From an uncultured Gammaproteobacteria bacterium (GTDB taxonomy: Bacteria > Pseudomonadota > Gammaproteobacteria > Steroidobacterales > Steroidobacteraceae): a DNA stretch of 64,000 nt. Each line of letters opens with the position of its first letter. The first letter of the stretch is position 1. The notes beneath the pieces are model-generated. The model saw only the letters and a list, made by a program, of their open reading frames with translations. It ran no database searches and was not told the origin of the DNA. The position numbers and the translations under genes were made by a program. Where the stretch lies: NCBI GenBank assembly GCA_963846315.1, contig CAWJVM010000007.1:24288-88287 (forward strand). The letters run 5' to 3'. Of the stretch, positions 24,680-33,692 are shown piece by piece.

Positions 24680-25129
24680 ATGAAAAAGCCAGCCGCCAGT
24701 TCGGTTCTCCGCCTGCTACGTGCCCAGTCCCACGTGCAGAATCGCTTCGGCTCCGAACTCGGTTCGGTGCATGGCTTGTCCCTGAACGAACTGATGCTGC
24801 TGATGCAGCTCGAGCAGTCCCGTGGCGGCCGCCTGAAGCGAGTCGAACTCGCCGAGCGACTCGACCTGAGTCAGTCGAGCGTCACGCGCATGGTGGCGCC
24901 GATGGAAAAGGTCGGCTGGGTGTCGCGCGCGGACGATCCGCGGGATGGCCGCGTGGGTTATGTCGTGCTGACCGACGCGGGCCGGCAACTGGCCCGGGAA
25001 GCCGCCAAGACTTTGCAGCATCAGGCGACCGCCCTGTTCGGTGATCATTGGACCGACGACGAAGTCGTCACCCTCAATCGCCTGCTCGGCCGATTGATCG
25101 TGAACCTGCCAGGTCAACTGGGCGCGTGA
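24680..25129 (+). CDS. MarR family transcriptional regulator
   Basis: 149 aa. LSLNELMLLMQLEQSRGGRLKRVELAERLDLSQSSVTRMVAPMEKVGWVSRADDPRDGR is a winged-helix MarR pattern. Confidence 0.85.
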   Translation: MKKPAASSVLRLLRAQSHVQNRFGSELGSVHGLSLNELMLLMQLEQSRGGRLKRVELAERLDLSQSSVTRMVAPMEKVGWVSRADDPRDGRVGYVVLTDAGRQLAREAAKTLQHQATALFGDHWTDDEVVTLNRLLGRLIVNLPGQLGA

Positions 25130-25151
25130 AGCGGTTTGCTGTCCGGAACGA

Positions 25152-25661
25152 CTAGAAGGCGTCGTTTCCGGACAATTCCTTCTCGACACGGTCGGCGCTG
25201 TACATCACGACTTCGATGACCTCCCGCAGCGCCGCCGCATCGGCGTCTGCGCTGACCTGCGCCGAGAAGACGACCAGGTATTCGTCCTTGCCCTGGTTGA
25301 CCTGCCAGGCGCCCAGGACCATGCGCACGTTTTCCTGCAGCAGGTGCACCGCGAGCTCGGCCGGCACGGTGCCCTTGCCGCGCGCCGCCACCGACCAGAC
25401 GTCACGGATCTCGAGCGGCGGCAACGCAGTCGTTGCCGAGGCCACCCACACACGCTGGCTGCGTGTGGCGTCGACCTTGTAATCGAGCCGGTAGTCGCCG
25501 TCATCGATCAGGAAGCCGAGTTTCGCGCCGTTGAGTGCGGCTTCGACGCGCGGATCGGGCGCCGCCGGCGCCGTAGCCGGCGTTTGTGCTCGTGACGCGC
25601 CTGAGGCCGCGAGGAGCAGCGGCAGGAGCACGATGACCCGCGGCGTGACTCGCCGGCTCAC
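25152..25661 (-). CDS. secreted YbjN-like domain protein
   Basis: GTG 25661 (overlaps the RDD gene stop, GTGA). Signal peptide VSRRVTPRVIVLLPLLLAASGASRAQ. Followed by ...LGFLIDDGDYRLDYKV...DEYLVVFSAQV... The rest of the 365-aa track ORF is shadow. Confidence 0.55.
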   Translation of the reverse strand: MSRRVTPRVIVLLPLLLAASGASRAQTPATAPAAPDPRVEAALNGAKLGFLIDDGDYRLDYKVDATRSQRVWVASATTALPPLEIRDVWSVAARGKGTVPAELAVHLLQENVRMVLGAWQVNQGKDEYLVVFSAQVSADADAAALREVIEVVMYSADRVEKELSGNDAF

Positions 25662-26155
25662 GGCGTGCCCTGCTTCTGGAAATCGACCCGCGCAGGACCG
25701 CGGTGGCGTGGCCGCACGACGACGGTGCCGGCCAGCTTGTCGTGCCAGCCCTGCTTGCGCGGATCGAACGCGACCCAGACGATGCCTGCCATCAGCGGCA
25801 GCATCGCCACGTAGTAGCCGAGGTAGCGGATGACGAGCTGCCGGGTGCGGGGCTTGCCGCCGGTCTCGGCATCGACGATCCGCGCCGAGATTGCGATCTT
25901 GCCGGGCGTGGCCTGACGGTAGATCCAGAAGACGATGACCGCGATGGCGGGCAACAGCCAGTTGATCAGGAAATCGGCCGGGCCCTGCAGGAATGCTTCC
26001 GACGTCCAATACGAGCCGCCGTAGACCAGGGTCAACAGGGGTGCGCACACGATCAGCAGCAGCACGGTGTCGATCAAGGCTGCGCCGACGCGAGCCCAGA
26101 AGCCCACGTATTCGAGTTCTTGAGCATCCGGTGCGGCCGGCGGGATTGCGGACAT
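25658..26155 (-). CDS. RDD family membrane protein
   Basis: ATG 26155. YVGFWARVGAALIDTVLLL...ATPGKIAISARIVD...RYLGYYV...GWHDKLAGTVVV is the RDD pattern. Confidence 0.8.
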   Translation of the reverse strand: MSAIPPAAPDAQELEYVGFWARVGAALIDTVLLLIVCAPLLTLVYGGSYWTSEAFLQGPADFLINWLLPAIAVIVFWIYRQATPGKIAISARIVDAETGGKPRTRQLVIRYLGYYVAMLPLMAGIVWVAFDPRKQGWHDKLAGTVVVRPRHRGPARVDFQKQGTP

Positions 26156-26563
26156 CACGGCCTCGCTTCGCAGTTGACTTCGACGACCACCGCGAACCAC
26201 TTGCGCCGCGCGCGGAAGACGCTCTGCTCCGTCCTGCCGGGATTGACATTGAGGCTGGACCGGAAAGTCGTCTGCGGCGGTGCGTCGTAACGCAGCCGGC
26301 AACGAATTCGCTGGTCCGTGTTGTTGGTCAGCCGGACCACGAGCATGCTTGACTTGCGCGACCGGTTCGATCTTGACGTCGAGATCGTTCAACGTCGGTC
26401 GAATGTCGACCGTATAGGTTTGTGCAAATGCGGCTGGCGCGACCAGGACGATCAACGCCAGCGCGAGGGCAGCGCCGTTCAGGCGACCAGGTCGCCTATC
26501 TGCTGCACCATGTACAACACGAGCGCGCTCAACATCACGTAACCGATGACTTCCATGATCCAT
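26155..26563 (-). pseudogene. small secreted protein with one apparent frameshift
   Basis: N-terminal part in the frame of 25658..26848: MDHGSHRLRDVERARVVHGAADRRPGRLNGAALALALIVLVAPAAFAQTYTVDIRPTLNDLDVKIEPVAQ. C-terminal part in the frame of 26155..26346: MLVVRLTNNTDQRIRCRLRYDAPPQTTFRSSLNVNPGRTEQSVF... Junction at about 26345. The start is uncertain. Confidence 0.4.
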
Positions 26564-26702
26564 TTCCTCCTTGCAGCGCCACACTGGCGCGAATCCGACG
26601 CTGATCATGCTAGGTCTCCAGTGTTCGTGAATCCAGCGAATAGCGACGAGTCGTTCGAGCGTCGCGACGAAGCGATCGGCGGCGGGCCGGGTGCTGCACG
26701 AC

Positions 26703-26975
26703 TCATTCCTGCACCCGCTTGCGACCGGGCTGAACTGCAACGAGCGTGACGCTCGAGTCGAGCGGGTCGAACAGGATCCGCGCCTCGCCGCGTTCGAGTT
26801 GTCGCAGCACCTGCGCCACTTTCTGCTCGTGCGAAAACGCGCGGTCACCGTAGTCGGTGCCCTCGCGCAGGATGAAATTGTCGATCACACCGTGCAGCGC
26901 GTCGGTGGACAGGTCCATGAATGGAACGACGACAGGCTCGGGTCGCTCCTGCGGATCTTCCCAAGGCGCTGTCAC
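26703..26975 (-). CDS. YheU family (UPF0270) protein
   Basis: 90 aa. VVVPFMDLSTDALHGVIDNFILREGTDYGD...KVAQVLRQLERGEARILFD matches the YheU pattern. Confidence 0.75.
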   Translation of the reverse strand: MTAPWEDPQERPEPVVVPFMDLSTDALHGVIDNFILREGTDYGDRAFSHEQKVAQVLRQLERGEARILFDPLDSSVTLVAVQPGRKRVQE

Positions 26976-28609
26976 TTGAGCTGGGCTCCCGGACGGGAAA
27001 TCGAATCGACCGGCTCATAGGCACCTTGACTCCAGCGCTCGCGCAGCACGAATTTCTGGATCTTGCCCGAGCCCGTCAGTGGAAACTCGGTCAGGAAAAC
27101 CCAGTAGCGTGGAGTCTTCGGTGCGGCCAGGCGTTGCCTGACGTGACGACGCAAGTCGTCGATATCCGGGTTGAGCTCACCCGACAGGCGAATGAAGGCG
27201 ACCAGCTCCTCGCCCATGCGTGGGTCGGGCACGCCGATCACGGCCACTTCGGTGATGCTCGCGTGCTCGATCAGCGCCGATTCAATCTCGGCCGGAAACA
27301 GGTTCTCGCCGCCACGAATCACCATGTCCTTGAGCCGGCCGGTCACGCGGCAGTAGCCCCGGGCGTCCATCGTGCCGAGGTCGCCCGTGTGCAGCCAGCC
27401 GTCCCGGTCGACGGTGGCGGCCGTCGCGTCCGGCCGTTCGAAGTATTCCTGCATGACCATGTAGCCGCGGGCACAGATTTCCCCGATCGTGCCGTGCGGC
27501 ACGGGCTCGCCCGTCATCGGATCCGCCACCTTCACTTCGCATTGCGGCATGGGCTGGCCGACGGTGTGGGCCTTCTCTTCGGCCGCGTCGTCGAGGCGTG
27601 TCATGGTGATCAGGGGACAGGCTTCGGTCTGGCCGTACACGATCGAGAACGTCACGCCGAGTTTCGTCTCGATGGCACGGACGATCTCGGGCGGCACGCT
27701 GGCGCCCCCGGCAACGGCGACGCGCAGGCTGGACAAGTCGCGCCGCGAAAAATCGGGGTGCTCGAGCATGGCGATCATCATGGTCGGCACGCCAAGCATG
27801 GCAGTGCCTCGTTCGCGTTCGATCAGCTCAAGCAGCCGGCCCGGGTCGAACGTGGGCAGGAAGGCATGCGTGGCGCGCGCCTGGATCGTGCCGAGCGTCG
27901 CCATGACGCAGCCCGCGGTGTGGAAAAACGGCATGGCGTGGCCATACACCTCGCCTTCCTGCAAACAGATCACCTGCGTGTAATAGCGCGAGTTGTTGGT
28001 CAGGCCGCGGTGATCCAGCAGCGCCCCCTTCGGGTTGCCGGTCGTGCCGGACGTGTACTGGATCTGCGCGGCATGATCCGGCGTGACGTCAGGAAGCTCG
28101 ATGCCCTTCACAGCCGACCCGAGGAACTCGTCCCACTCGTCGAGCACGATGGCATGACGCAGCTGGGGCAGGCCCGTACGCGTTTCCGCGACCCACTGCT
28201 CCAACGGATTGCCCCGGCACTGCCGCGAGTGAAAAACACCGGACGCGCGTGACTGACGCAAAACGAAATCGAGTTCCTTGGCGCGGTAGGCGGGATTGAC
28301 GGTGACCAGCACCAGGCCCGCGAGGCCGGCGCCGAGTTCGAGCAGCAGCCATTCCGCGAGATTGGGAGCGTAGACCGCAATGTGTTCGCCGGGTTCGAAG
28401 CGAGTCAGCAAGGCCCGGGCGGTACGCTCCGCATCATGCAGCAACTCCGCGTAAGTCCAGGTGCGGCGTTCGCCCGGAAGCACGCCCCAGGCCGAAACAG
28501 CCAGCGTTGCACCGGCGTCGGCGGCCGCCGCTCGCAGTACGGAACCGACCGTCGATTCCTGCACTGGATCGTCGGTTGGGCCCTGGGCATGCGATCCGCC
28601 GTCCGTCAT
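26972..28609 (-). CDS. AMP-dependent acyl-CoA synthetase/ligase
   Basis: Start at ATG 28609 (MTDGGSHAQ...). AMP-binding motifs IQYTSGTTGNPKGA, YGQTE, TGDLG, GGENLFPAEIE, GKIQK. Confidence 0.85.
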   Translation of the reverse strand: MTDGGSHAQGPTDDPVQESTVGSVLRAAAADAGATLAVSAWGVLPGERRTWTYAELLHDAERTARALLTRFEPGEHIAVYAPNLAEWLLLELGAGLAGLVLVTVNPAYRAKELDFVLRQSRASGVFHSRQCRGNPLEQWVAETRTGLPQLRHAIVLDEWDEFLGSAVKGIELPDVTPDHAAQIQYTSGTTGNPKGALLDHRGLTNNSRYYTQVICLQEGEVYGHAMPFFHTAGCVMATLGTIQARATHAFLPTFDPGRLLELIERERGTAMLGVPTMMIAMLEHPDFSRRDLSSLRVAVAGGASVPPEIVRAIETKLGVTFSIVYGQTEACPLITMTRLDDAAEEKAHTVGQPMPQCEVKVADPMTGEPVPHGTIGEICARGYMVMQEYFERPDATAATVDRDGWLHTGDLGTMDARGYCRVTGRLKDMVIRGGENLFPAEIESALIEHASITEVAVIGVPDPRMGEELVAFIRLSGELNPDIDDLRRHVRQRLAAPKTPRYWVFLTEFPLTGSGKIQKFVLRERWSQGAYEPVDSISRPGAQLK

Positions 28610-28611
28610 CG

Positions 28612-29301
28612 TCAGGGCGCCATCAACGTCGGTCCACCCTTGGCCTCCGCACGCTGGTACGCCGGCCGCGCGCGCATTCGCTTGCGATACGCGTCGATGT
28701 GCGGGTACTTGCCGCCCGCCGCCGAGCGTGACAGCAACGCTTCGATCGCGAAGCTCATCTGGAAGTCGGCCATGCTGATGTCGCTGCCCGCGAACCAGGT
28801 GTTCCGCGCCAGGTGACCCTCGATGAAGTCGAGCGAGTTCTGCAGGTTGGGGTCGATCAGGGTCGACTGCACCTTGCCGCACAGGCCGCGCGCGATGGGC
28901 TTGGCGAAGAACGGCATCGGTCGCGTGGGAAGGGTGCTGAACACGAGCTTCATCACCAGCCAGTTCATCAGCGAGCCCTCGGCGTAATGCATCCAGTACC
29001 TGGACTGCCAGTACGCCGGGGTTCCGGCCTCCGGTACCAGGTGCGCCAGCTCGCCGGTGCCGAGATGCCCGAACTTCTCGACCAGGTACTCGATGATCAC
29101 GGCGGACTCCGCGATCACGGTGCCGTCGTCGGTCACCACCGGTGACTTGCCGAGTGGATGGATCGCCTTGAGTTCCGGCGGCGCCAGCCGCGTGACCTTG
29201 TCACGCTGGTACACCTTCAGCTCGTACGGCACGCCGAGTTCCTCGAGCAGCCAAAGGATGCGCTGCGAGCGCGAAGTTTCGAGATGGTGAACAGTCAACA
29301 T
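28612..29301 (-). CDS. glutathione S-transferase
   Basis: ATG 29301. MLTVHHLETSRSQRILWLLEELGVPYELKVYQRD...HPLGKSPVV...ESAVIIEYL is a thioredoxin-like GST N-domain, followed by a helical C-domain. Confidence 0.85.
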   Translation of the reverse strand: MLTVHHLETSRSQRILWLLEELGVPYELKVYQRDKVTRLAPPELKAIHPLGKSPVVTDDGTVIAESAVIIEYLVEKFGHLGTGELAHLVPEAGTPAYWQSRYWMHYAEGSLMNWLVMKLVFSTLPTRPMPFFAKPIARGLCGKVQSTLIDPNLQNSLDFIEGHLARNTWFAGSDISMADFQMSFAIEALLSRSAAGGKYPHIDAYRKRMRARPAYQRAEAKGGPTLMAP

Positions 29302-29315
29302 TGCCCCTGCCCTGC

Positions 29316-29894
29316 TCACTGGCCCCGCCTGATCACGCCACACGCTTCGCGCGTGCCGCCCGCGCAGCCCTTCTTGAGTTCCGACTCCTCGTCGCAATAC
29401 GTGTCCGGCTGGGTGTGCACGACGATGGCGCTGCCGTCCGCGTCGAAAACGCTCAGGCGACCGGGCGAGAGCGTGATGCGATTGGTCGTGTGCTTGAGCA
29501 TACCGACGCCGTTCTTGACGTCGAGGTTGATCAGGTCACCCATGTGGAACGGGTGATTGATGTCCGTTGCCGGCGTGGCGTCCATCGCCGTATCGGGCCG
29601 TGACTGGCCGGCGGGACCCGGATCGTGGTGTCCTCCCGCTGCGGAGCACGGCTCGCAGGCGCCGACTTCGTGGATGTGCACGGCGTGCTTGCCATCGGGC
29701 AGGCCCTTGACCTTGAGTTCGACCGTCACTTCCTTCACGCCTTCGGGCGTTACCTGTTCCTTGAGCTTGGCGTCGCCCGAGATCGCGGCGTGGGTGCAGC
29801 CCTTCAGGTCCGCAACCGCAGCCAACCCGTCCGCGGAGGCGATGGCTGGCAAGGCGATCAGGCTGGCGAGGATCAATTTGAGGGTTGAATGCAC
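29316..29894 (-). CDS. sodC: periplasmic Cu/Zn superoxide dismutase family protein
   Basis: GTG 29894 (AGGAG upstream). Signal peptide. HAVHIHEVGAC, GGHHDPG, HMGDLINL, AIVVHTQPD, GGTREACGVI. Confidence 0.75.
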   Translation of the reverse strand: MHSTLKLILASLIALPAIASADGLAAVADLKGCTHAAISGDAKLKEQVTPEGVKEVTVELKVKGLPDGKHAVHIHEVGACEPCSAAGGHHDPGPAGQSRPDTAMDATPATDINHPFHMGDLINLDVKNGVGMLKHTTNRITLSPGRLSVFDADGSAIVVHTQPDTYCDEESELKKGCAGGTREACGVIRRGQ

Positions 29895-29925
29895 TGCAGG
29901 CTCCTGGGGTCCGTTGCGGGTTCGA

Positions 29926-30591
29926 TCACCGATAGACCACCGCAATGTGCGGCACGGTCGTCACGTCCGGCTGCTTGAGCAGGAAATTGCGCAGGAACGT
30001 CGTAAGTTGCTTCTCGCATAACGCCACGATGGCGGGGTCGGTCGCCAGTTGCTCCCCCCGGGCCTGCGCGCGCTTGGATGCCTCCGCGTACAACTTCAGG
30101 GCCCCGGCTTTTTCATCGGTGAGCAGGCCGCCAGAGAGCACCTTGTAGGTCAGGTTGGTCACTGCGGGAGCAGCCACCAGCCGTGGTTTGCCGACCGTGA
30201 CTTCGATGCCGCCCGGGCCGGACTTCACGTCGTACCGGTCGGGCGACAAATCGTAGCCGAATGAAAACTCGACGTCGTACCAGATCGCGGTCGTGCCCGT
30301 CGAATGAAACCCGAGCACCGACTGGTCGAGGACCAGCGTCACCGCATTGGCCTGGCTGACCGTTGCCGCCAGGAACTTCTGCTGCGCCGCGAGTTGCCGC
30401 TTGCCTTCCTGCAGGTAGCGCACGTACGTGGTGCGGCCGAGCAGCGTGCGCTCGCTTGCAGTGACGGAATCCTGCAGCAGGCTGGCGCGTTCGTTCGCCG
30501 ACCGGACCTGGCCCTGCATGATGAAGAACGTCACGGCAGCTGCGATCGCCGCGGCTCCGACCAGCCAGGGGGTGCTCACGGGACGTTTCAT
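29926..30591 (-). CDS. DUF4230 domain membrane-anchored protein
   Basis: 221 aa. N-terminal TM helix, then ...AIWYDVEFSFGYDLSPDRYDVK...IEVTVGKPRLVA..., typical of DUF4230 as recalled. Confidence 0.6.
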   Translation of the reverse strand: MKRPVSTPWLVGAAAIAAAVTFFIMQGQVRSANERASLLQDSVTASERTLLGRTTYVRYLQEGKRQLAAQQKFLAATVSQANAVTLVLDQSVLGFHSTGTTAIWYDVEFSFGYDLSPDRYDVKSGPGGIEVTVGKPRLVAAPAVTNLTYKVLSGGLLTDEKAGALKLYAEASKRAQARGEQLATDPAIVALCEKQLTTFLRNFLLKQPDVTTVPHIAVVYR

Positions 30592-30652
30592 TCGACGTTG
30601 CCTCTCCCGACGTTGCTGTGCAACCGGTCCGGTCGTTGGCCACTATAGCGGT

Positions 30653-31828
30653 TCAAGGCCGGTTGCGACCCAGCTTGTCATGGCTGCTGACCCAGTCGCC
30701 GGCCAGCACAGCCGATCCCAGGGAAACGTCGCCAGCGAGCACGACGGCGGCTACGATTTCCGCCAGTCGATCGGCCTTGCCCGGACCGTAACAGCCCAGC
30801 ATCTCCAGGCATTCGCGCTGGGTGCCCAGGCCGGTGCCGCCGCCGTAACTCGCGACGATCAGCGACGGCAACGTGACCGACCAGTAATAGTCACCGTTCT
30901 CGAGCAGCTGCGCGTAAGTGATGCCGGCATGCGATTCCGCGACGTTGGCGACGTCCTGACCGGTCGCGATGAACATCGCCGCAATGCCGTTGGCCGCGTG
31001 AGGACCGTTGTAGGCCGAGCCAGCCATGAAGGAGCCGGCCTGGCTGATCTGGCGCGAACGGAACAGCGTCTTCGCGTCCACTCGCATCAGGCGTTGCAGG
31101 GTTTCGTTGCGGATCGTCACCTCTGCGATCACACGGCGGCCCCGCGTGCGCAAGGTGTTGATGGCCGAATGCTTCTTGTCGGTGTCGATCGAGCCCGAGA
31201 GGATGTAGGCCGGGTGCAGCGGGTGCTGCGACCGGATCCACTCGCACGCCGCCAGCGTTGCCTTGCCCGTCATGTTCTGGCCGGCCGCATCGCCCGTCGT
31301 GTAGTTGAAGCGCGTGTACAACAGGTTGCCCACGGCGTACTGCTCGATCTCCGTCAACTTGCCGATCCGGGTCGTGGACTCCGCCGCCGCGCGAATGCCT
31401 TCGAACTGCGCGACGAGCCACTGCCCGAAATCGCGCGCCTCACGGGCGCTCGGGAATTCGAATACGGGCGCGCGCTGCATCGAGCGCTTGACCACCGTGA
31501 CGGTCACCCCGCCGCTTTCGCTGAGCAACCGCATGCCTCGGTTGTAACTGGCAACCAGCGTGCCCTCGGTGGTGGCGAGTGGGACAATGAAGTCGCCCGA
31601 TGCGTGTTCGCCGTTGATCAGCAATGGCCCGGCCAGGCCGATGGGCACCTGCGCGACGCCGAGAAAGTTTTCGATGTTACCGGCGACCTGCGCGGGATCG
31701 ATGGTGAACGAACCGACGTGCGTCAGCGCCGTGCCGGTGCGGCCAGTCACGAACTCACGTCGCTGCCGCGTCATTTCGGCGGTGTAATCGTTGGCGGGGT
31801 CACGGGGGATCGGGATGCGGTCGCTCAC
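30653..31828 (-). CDS. hydroxymethylglutaryl-CoA reductase, soluble class-I-like
   Basis: GTG 31828 (GAGGAGG upstream). ENFLGVAQVPIGLAGPL, PLATTEGTLVASYNRG, TGDAAGQNM, GGGTG...ECLEM. The signatures resemble class I HMGR catalytic domains. Confidence 0.85.
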   Translation of the reverse strand: MSDRIPIPRDPANDYTAEMTRQRREFVTGRTGTALTHVGSFTIDPAQVAGNIENFLGVAQVPIGLAGPLLINGEHASGDFIVPLATTEGTLVASYNRGMRLLSESGGVTVTVVKRSMQRAPVFEFPSAREARDFGQWLVAQFEGIRAAAESTTRIGKLTEIEQYAVGNLLYTRFNYTTGDAAGQNMTGKATLAACEWIRSQHPLHPAYILSGSIDTDKKHSAINTLRTRGRRVIAEVTIRNETLQRLMRVDAKTLFRSRQISQAGSFMAGSAYNGPHAANGIAAMFIATGQDVANVAESHAGITYAQLLENGDYYWSVTLPSLIVASYGGGTGLGTQRECLEMLGCYGPGKADRLAEIVAAVVLAGDVSLGSAVLAGDWVSSHDKLGRNRP

Positions 31829-31874
31829 GGTTCCTCCTCGGCATCTCGGCGTGAACACGCTCGTCCGTCGATGC

Positions 31875-32492
31875 TCAGAACCAGTTGAAGTTGAAACTGA
31901 TGCTCACGCGCTCGGAGTTGACGGGATTGGGCGGCACTTCGTGCCGCAGCCAGCTCTCGAACAGCAGCACGGTGCCCGCAGCGACGGGCAGGGTCACCCA
32001 CGGCTGGTTGTCGACCTTCGCCGTTGCCGTGCGCGGCGGAGCCGCCATGTAGCGATCGAGGCGAGGGTCTTCGAGTTTCAGTCCTGGCACGCCTTTCGGC
32101 GTCCGCACGTAGTACGTCCCGCTGATCGTCGACAACGGGTGCAGGTGCAGGCCGTGGGTGACGCCGCGGGGCATCATGTTGATCCAGCAATCAGTCAACG
32201 TCAGTTCGCGGCCCTCGAGGTCGTACTCGAGCGCCAGGGCGTACGCCCGCACGTGCCGTTGCAGCTTTTTGCCGAGCGCTGCGAACGTCGGCGACAGCGT
32301 GTGCATGCGATTGAGCGAGCCGTACGACGTGTAGCCGCCCGGATACCGTTGCTTCGACCAGGCCCGTCCTGCGACGTCGTCTGCACGGTATTGCGCGCAC
32401 TCCCGCAGCAGGCGGGCATTGAACGCCTCCCAGCCGGATGCCTGCAGCTTCGCCGCGTAGACGCGAGTGGGGAACAACGCAAGGACTGTCAT
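31875..32492 (-). CDS. 2OG-Fe(II) oxygenase-like protein (TIGR02466-type)
   Basis: 205 aa. ...CWINMMPRGVTHGLHLHPLSTISGTYYV...GTVLLFESWLRHEVPPN...RVSISFNF (HxH...H jelly-roll pattern). Confidence 0.7.
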   Translation of the reverse strand: MTVLALFPTRVYAAKLQASGWEAFNARLLRECAQYRADDVAGRAWSKQRYPGGYTSYGSLNRMHTLSPTFAALGKKLQRHVRAYALALEYDLEGRELTLTDCWINMMPRGVTHGLHLHPLSTISGTYYVRTPKGVPGLKLEDPRLDRYMAAPPRTATAKVDNQPWVTLPVAAGTVLLFESWLRHEVPPNPVNSERVSISFNFNWF

Positions 32493-32521
32493 CGCCAGTC
32501 CGATACCTGCGGCCTCATCGG

Positions 32522-32740
32522 TCAGTCCTCGACGGCTTGCCGGCGGCGCCCGGGCAAGGGATCGTCTTCGTCGGGTAGCGTCCGCTGCAGGACTTCCAGC
32601 ACCGAGTGTGCCGCGCGGTAGCGGTATTCGTAGCGACGATCGAGCGGCGCCGGCCGTGCGCGCAGGTACAGCTCGAGCGCTTCACCGACCACTTCGGCTT
32701 CGAGTTCGGGCAGCAGCAGCTTGATGGGTCCGTTGGCCAT
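32522..32740 (-). CDS. small hypothetical protein
   Basis: 72-aa ORF with good GC3 in a compact same-strand gene train. No recognised motif. Confidence 0.4.
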   Translation of the reverse strand: MANGPIKLLLPELEAEVVGEALELYLRARPAPLDRRYEYRYRAAHSVLEVLQRTLPDEDDPLPGRRRQAVED

Positions 32741-32760
32741 GCGCGTCCTGCCAGCGCCGC

Positions 32761-33270
32761 TCAGGGCGAGCGCATCGCCGCCGACTCAGAGTTGGCGCTG
32801 CTCTTCGGCAGTTCGAACTCACCCTGCGACTTGAAGCGCTGCGTGCCGAACAGCGACGCGCCATTGAGCTTGCCAGTCATTGAAAACGTCACCTTGTCGA
32901 CGGGCTTGCCATCGAGCATGCCGAGTACCTGGCGCGCCATGCGCAGGATGGACACCGTGACCGGCACCGCAATGACTGCCTCGCCAAAGCGCGGAACGGT
33001 GCCCGCCTGGTCGCTCACGCCGCTCGCGAAGTCCCGCCCCATGACCTCGAGATTGAGCGACACGCCGTTGAAGTCGAGCGGCGCGTCGTTCGGGTTCTGC
33101 ACGCGCAGCTTGACCAGCAGGCGCACTTCCAGGCCCTCGCCGGGCAACGATTCGATGCCGGCCACGGTGACCTGCAGGGGATCGCGGCTGGGCATCGACG
33201 CACAGGCGGTCAGCATCAGCGTGGCCAGCAACAGCAGCACCCGGGCGAGCCGGTGCGATTGGAAATCCAT
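32761..33270 (-). CDS. LEA type 2 / WHy-domain lipoprotein
   Basis: ATG 33270. Lipobox LMLTAC. LEVRLLVKLRVQNPNDAPLDFNGVSLNLEVMGRDFASG is the LEA_2 pattern. The upstream part of the track ORF is shadow. Confidence 0.75.
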   Translation of the reverse strand: MDFQSHRLARVLLLLATLMLTACASMPSRDPLQVTVAGIESLPGEGLEVRLLVKLRVQNPNDAPLDFNGVSLNLEVMGRDFASGVSDQAGTVPRFGEAVIAVPVTVSILRMARQVLGMLDGKPVDKVTFSMTGKLNGASLFGTQRFKSQGEFELPKSSANSESAAMRSP

Positions 33271-33305
33271 CGGGTACTGCCTTCCTGTTCTCGTGGTCGT
33301 CCCGC

Positions 33306-33665
33306 TCAAACGCGAACCAGCGACTTGAAACCGCCCCAGAACATGCGCTTGCCGTCGAAGGGCATCTTTTTCGGGTCCATCATCGATTGGAGCCGGGGAT
33401 CGGCCATGACCGCCTTGTTGATACGGTCGCGGTCGCGTCGGGTCTTGTAGACGATGTAGGAAAACACCACGACTTCGCCCGCCTTCAGCTTGACGCTGCG
33501 CGGGAACGAGGTGCGCTTGCCCACCGTCACGTCGTCCGCGATGCATTCGTGGTAATCGATTGCACCGTGCTCGCGCCAGACCTTGCCCGCCTTGCGTGCC
33601 ATCGCACGGTAGGCCGCGAGCTTCGCTTTGGGGACGGGAACGACGAATCCATCGACATAGGCCAT
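33306..33665 (-). CDS. DUF1428 family protein
   Basis: 119 aa. MAYVDGFVVPVPKAKLAAYRAMARKAGKVWREHGAIDYHECIADDV...VVFSYIVYKTRRDRDRINKAVMADP. Confidence 0.8.
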   Translation of the reverse strand: MAYVDGFVVPVPKAKLAAYRAMARKAGKVWREHGAIDYHECIADDVTVGKRTSFPRSVKLKAGEVVVFSYIVYKTRRDRDRINKAVMADPRLQSMMDPKKMPFDGKRMFWGGFKSLVRV

Positions 33666-33692
33666 GGTGGGTCCTCCTCGTTGCTGCGTGGG

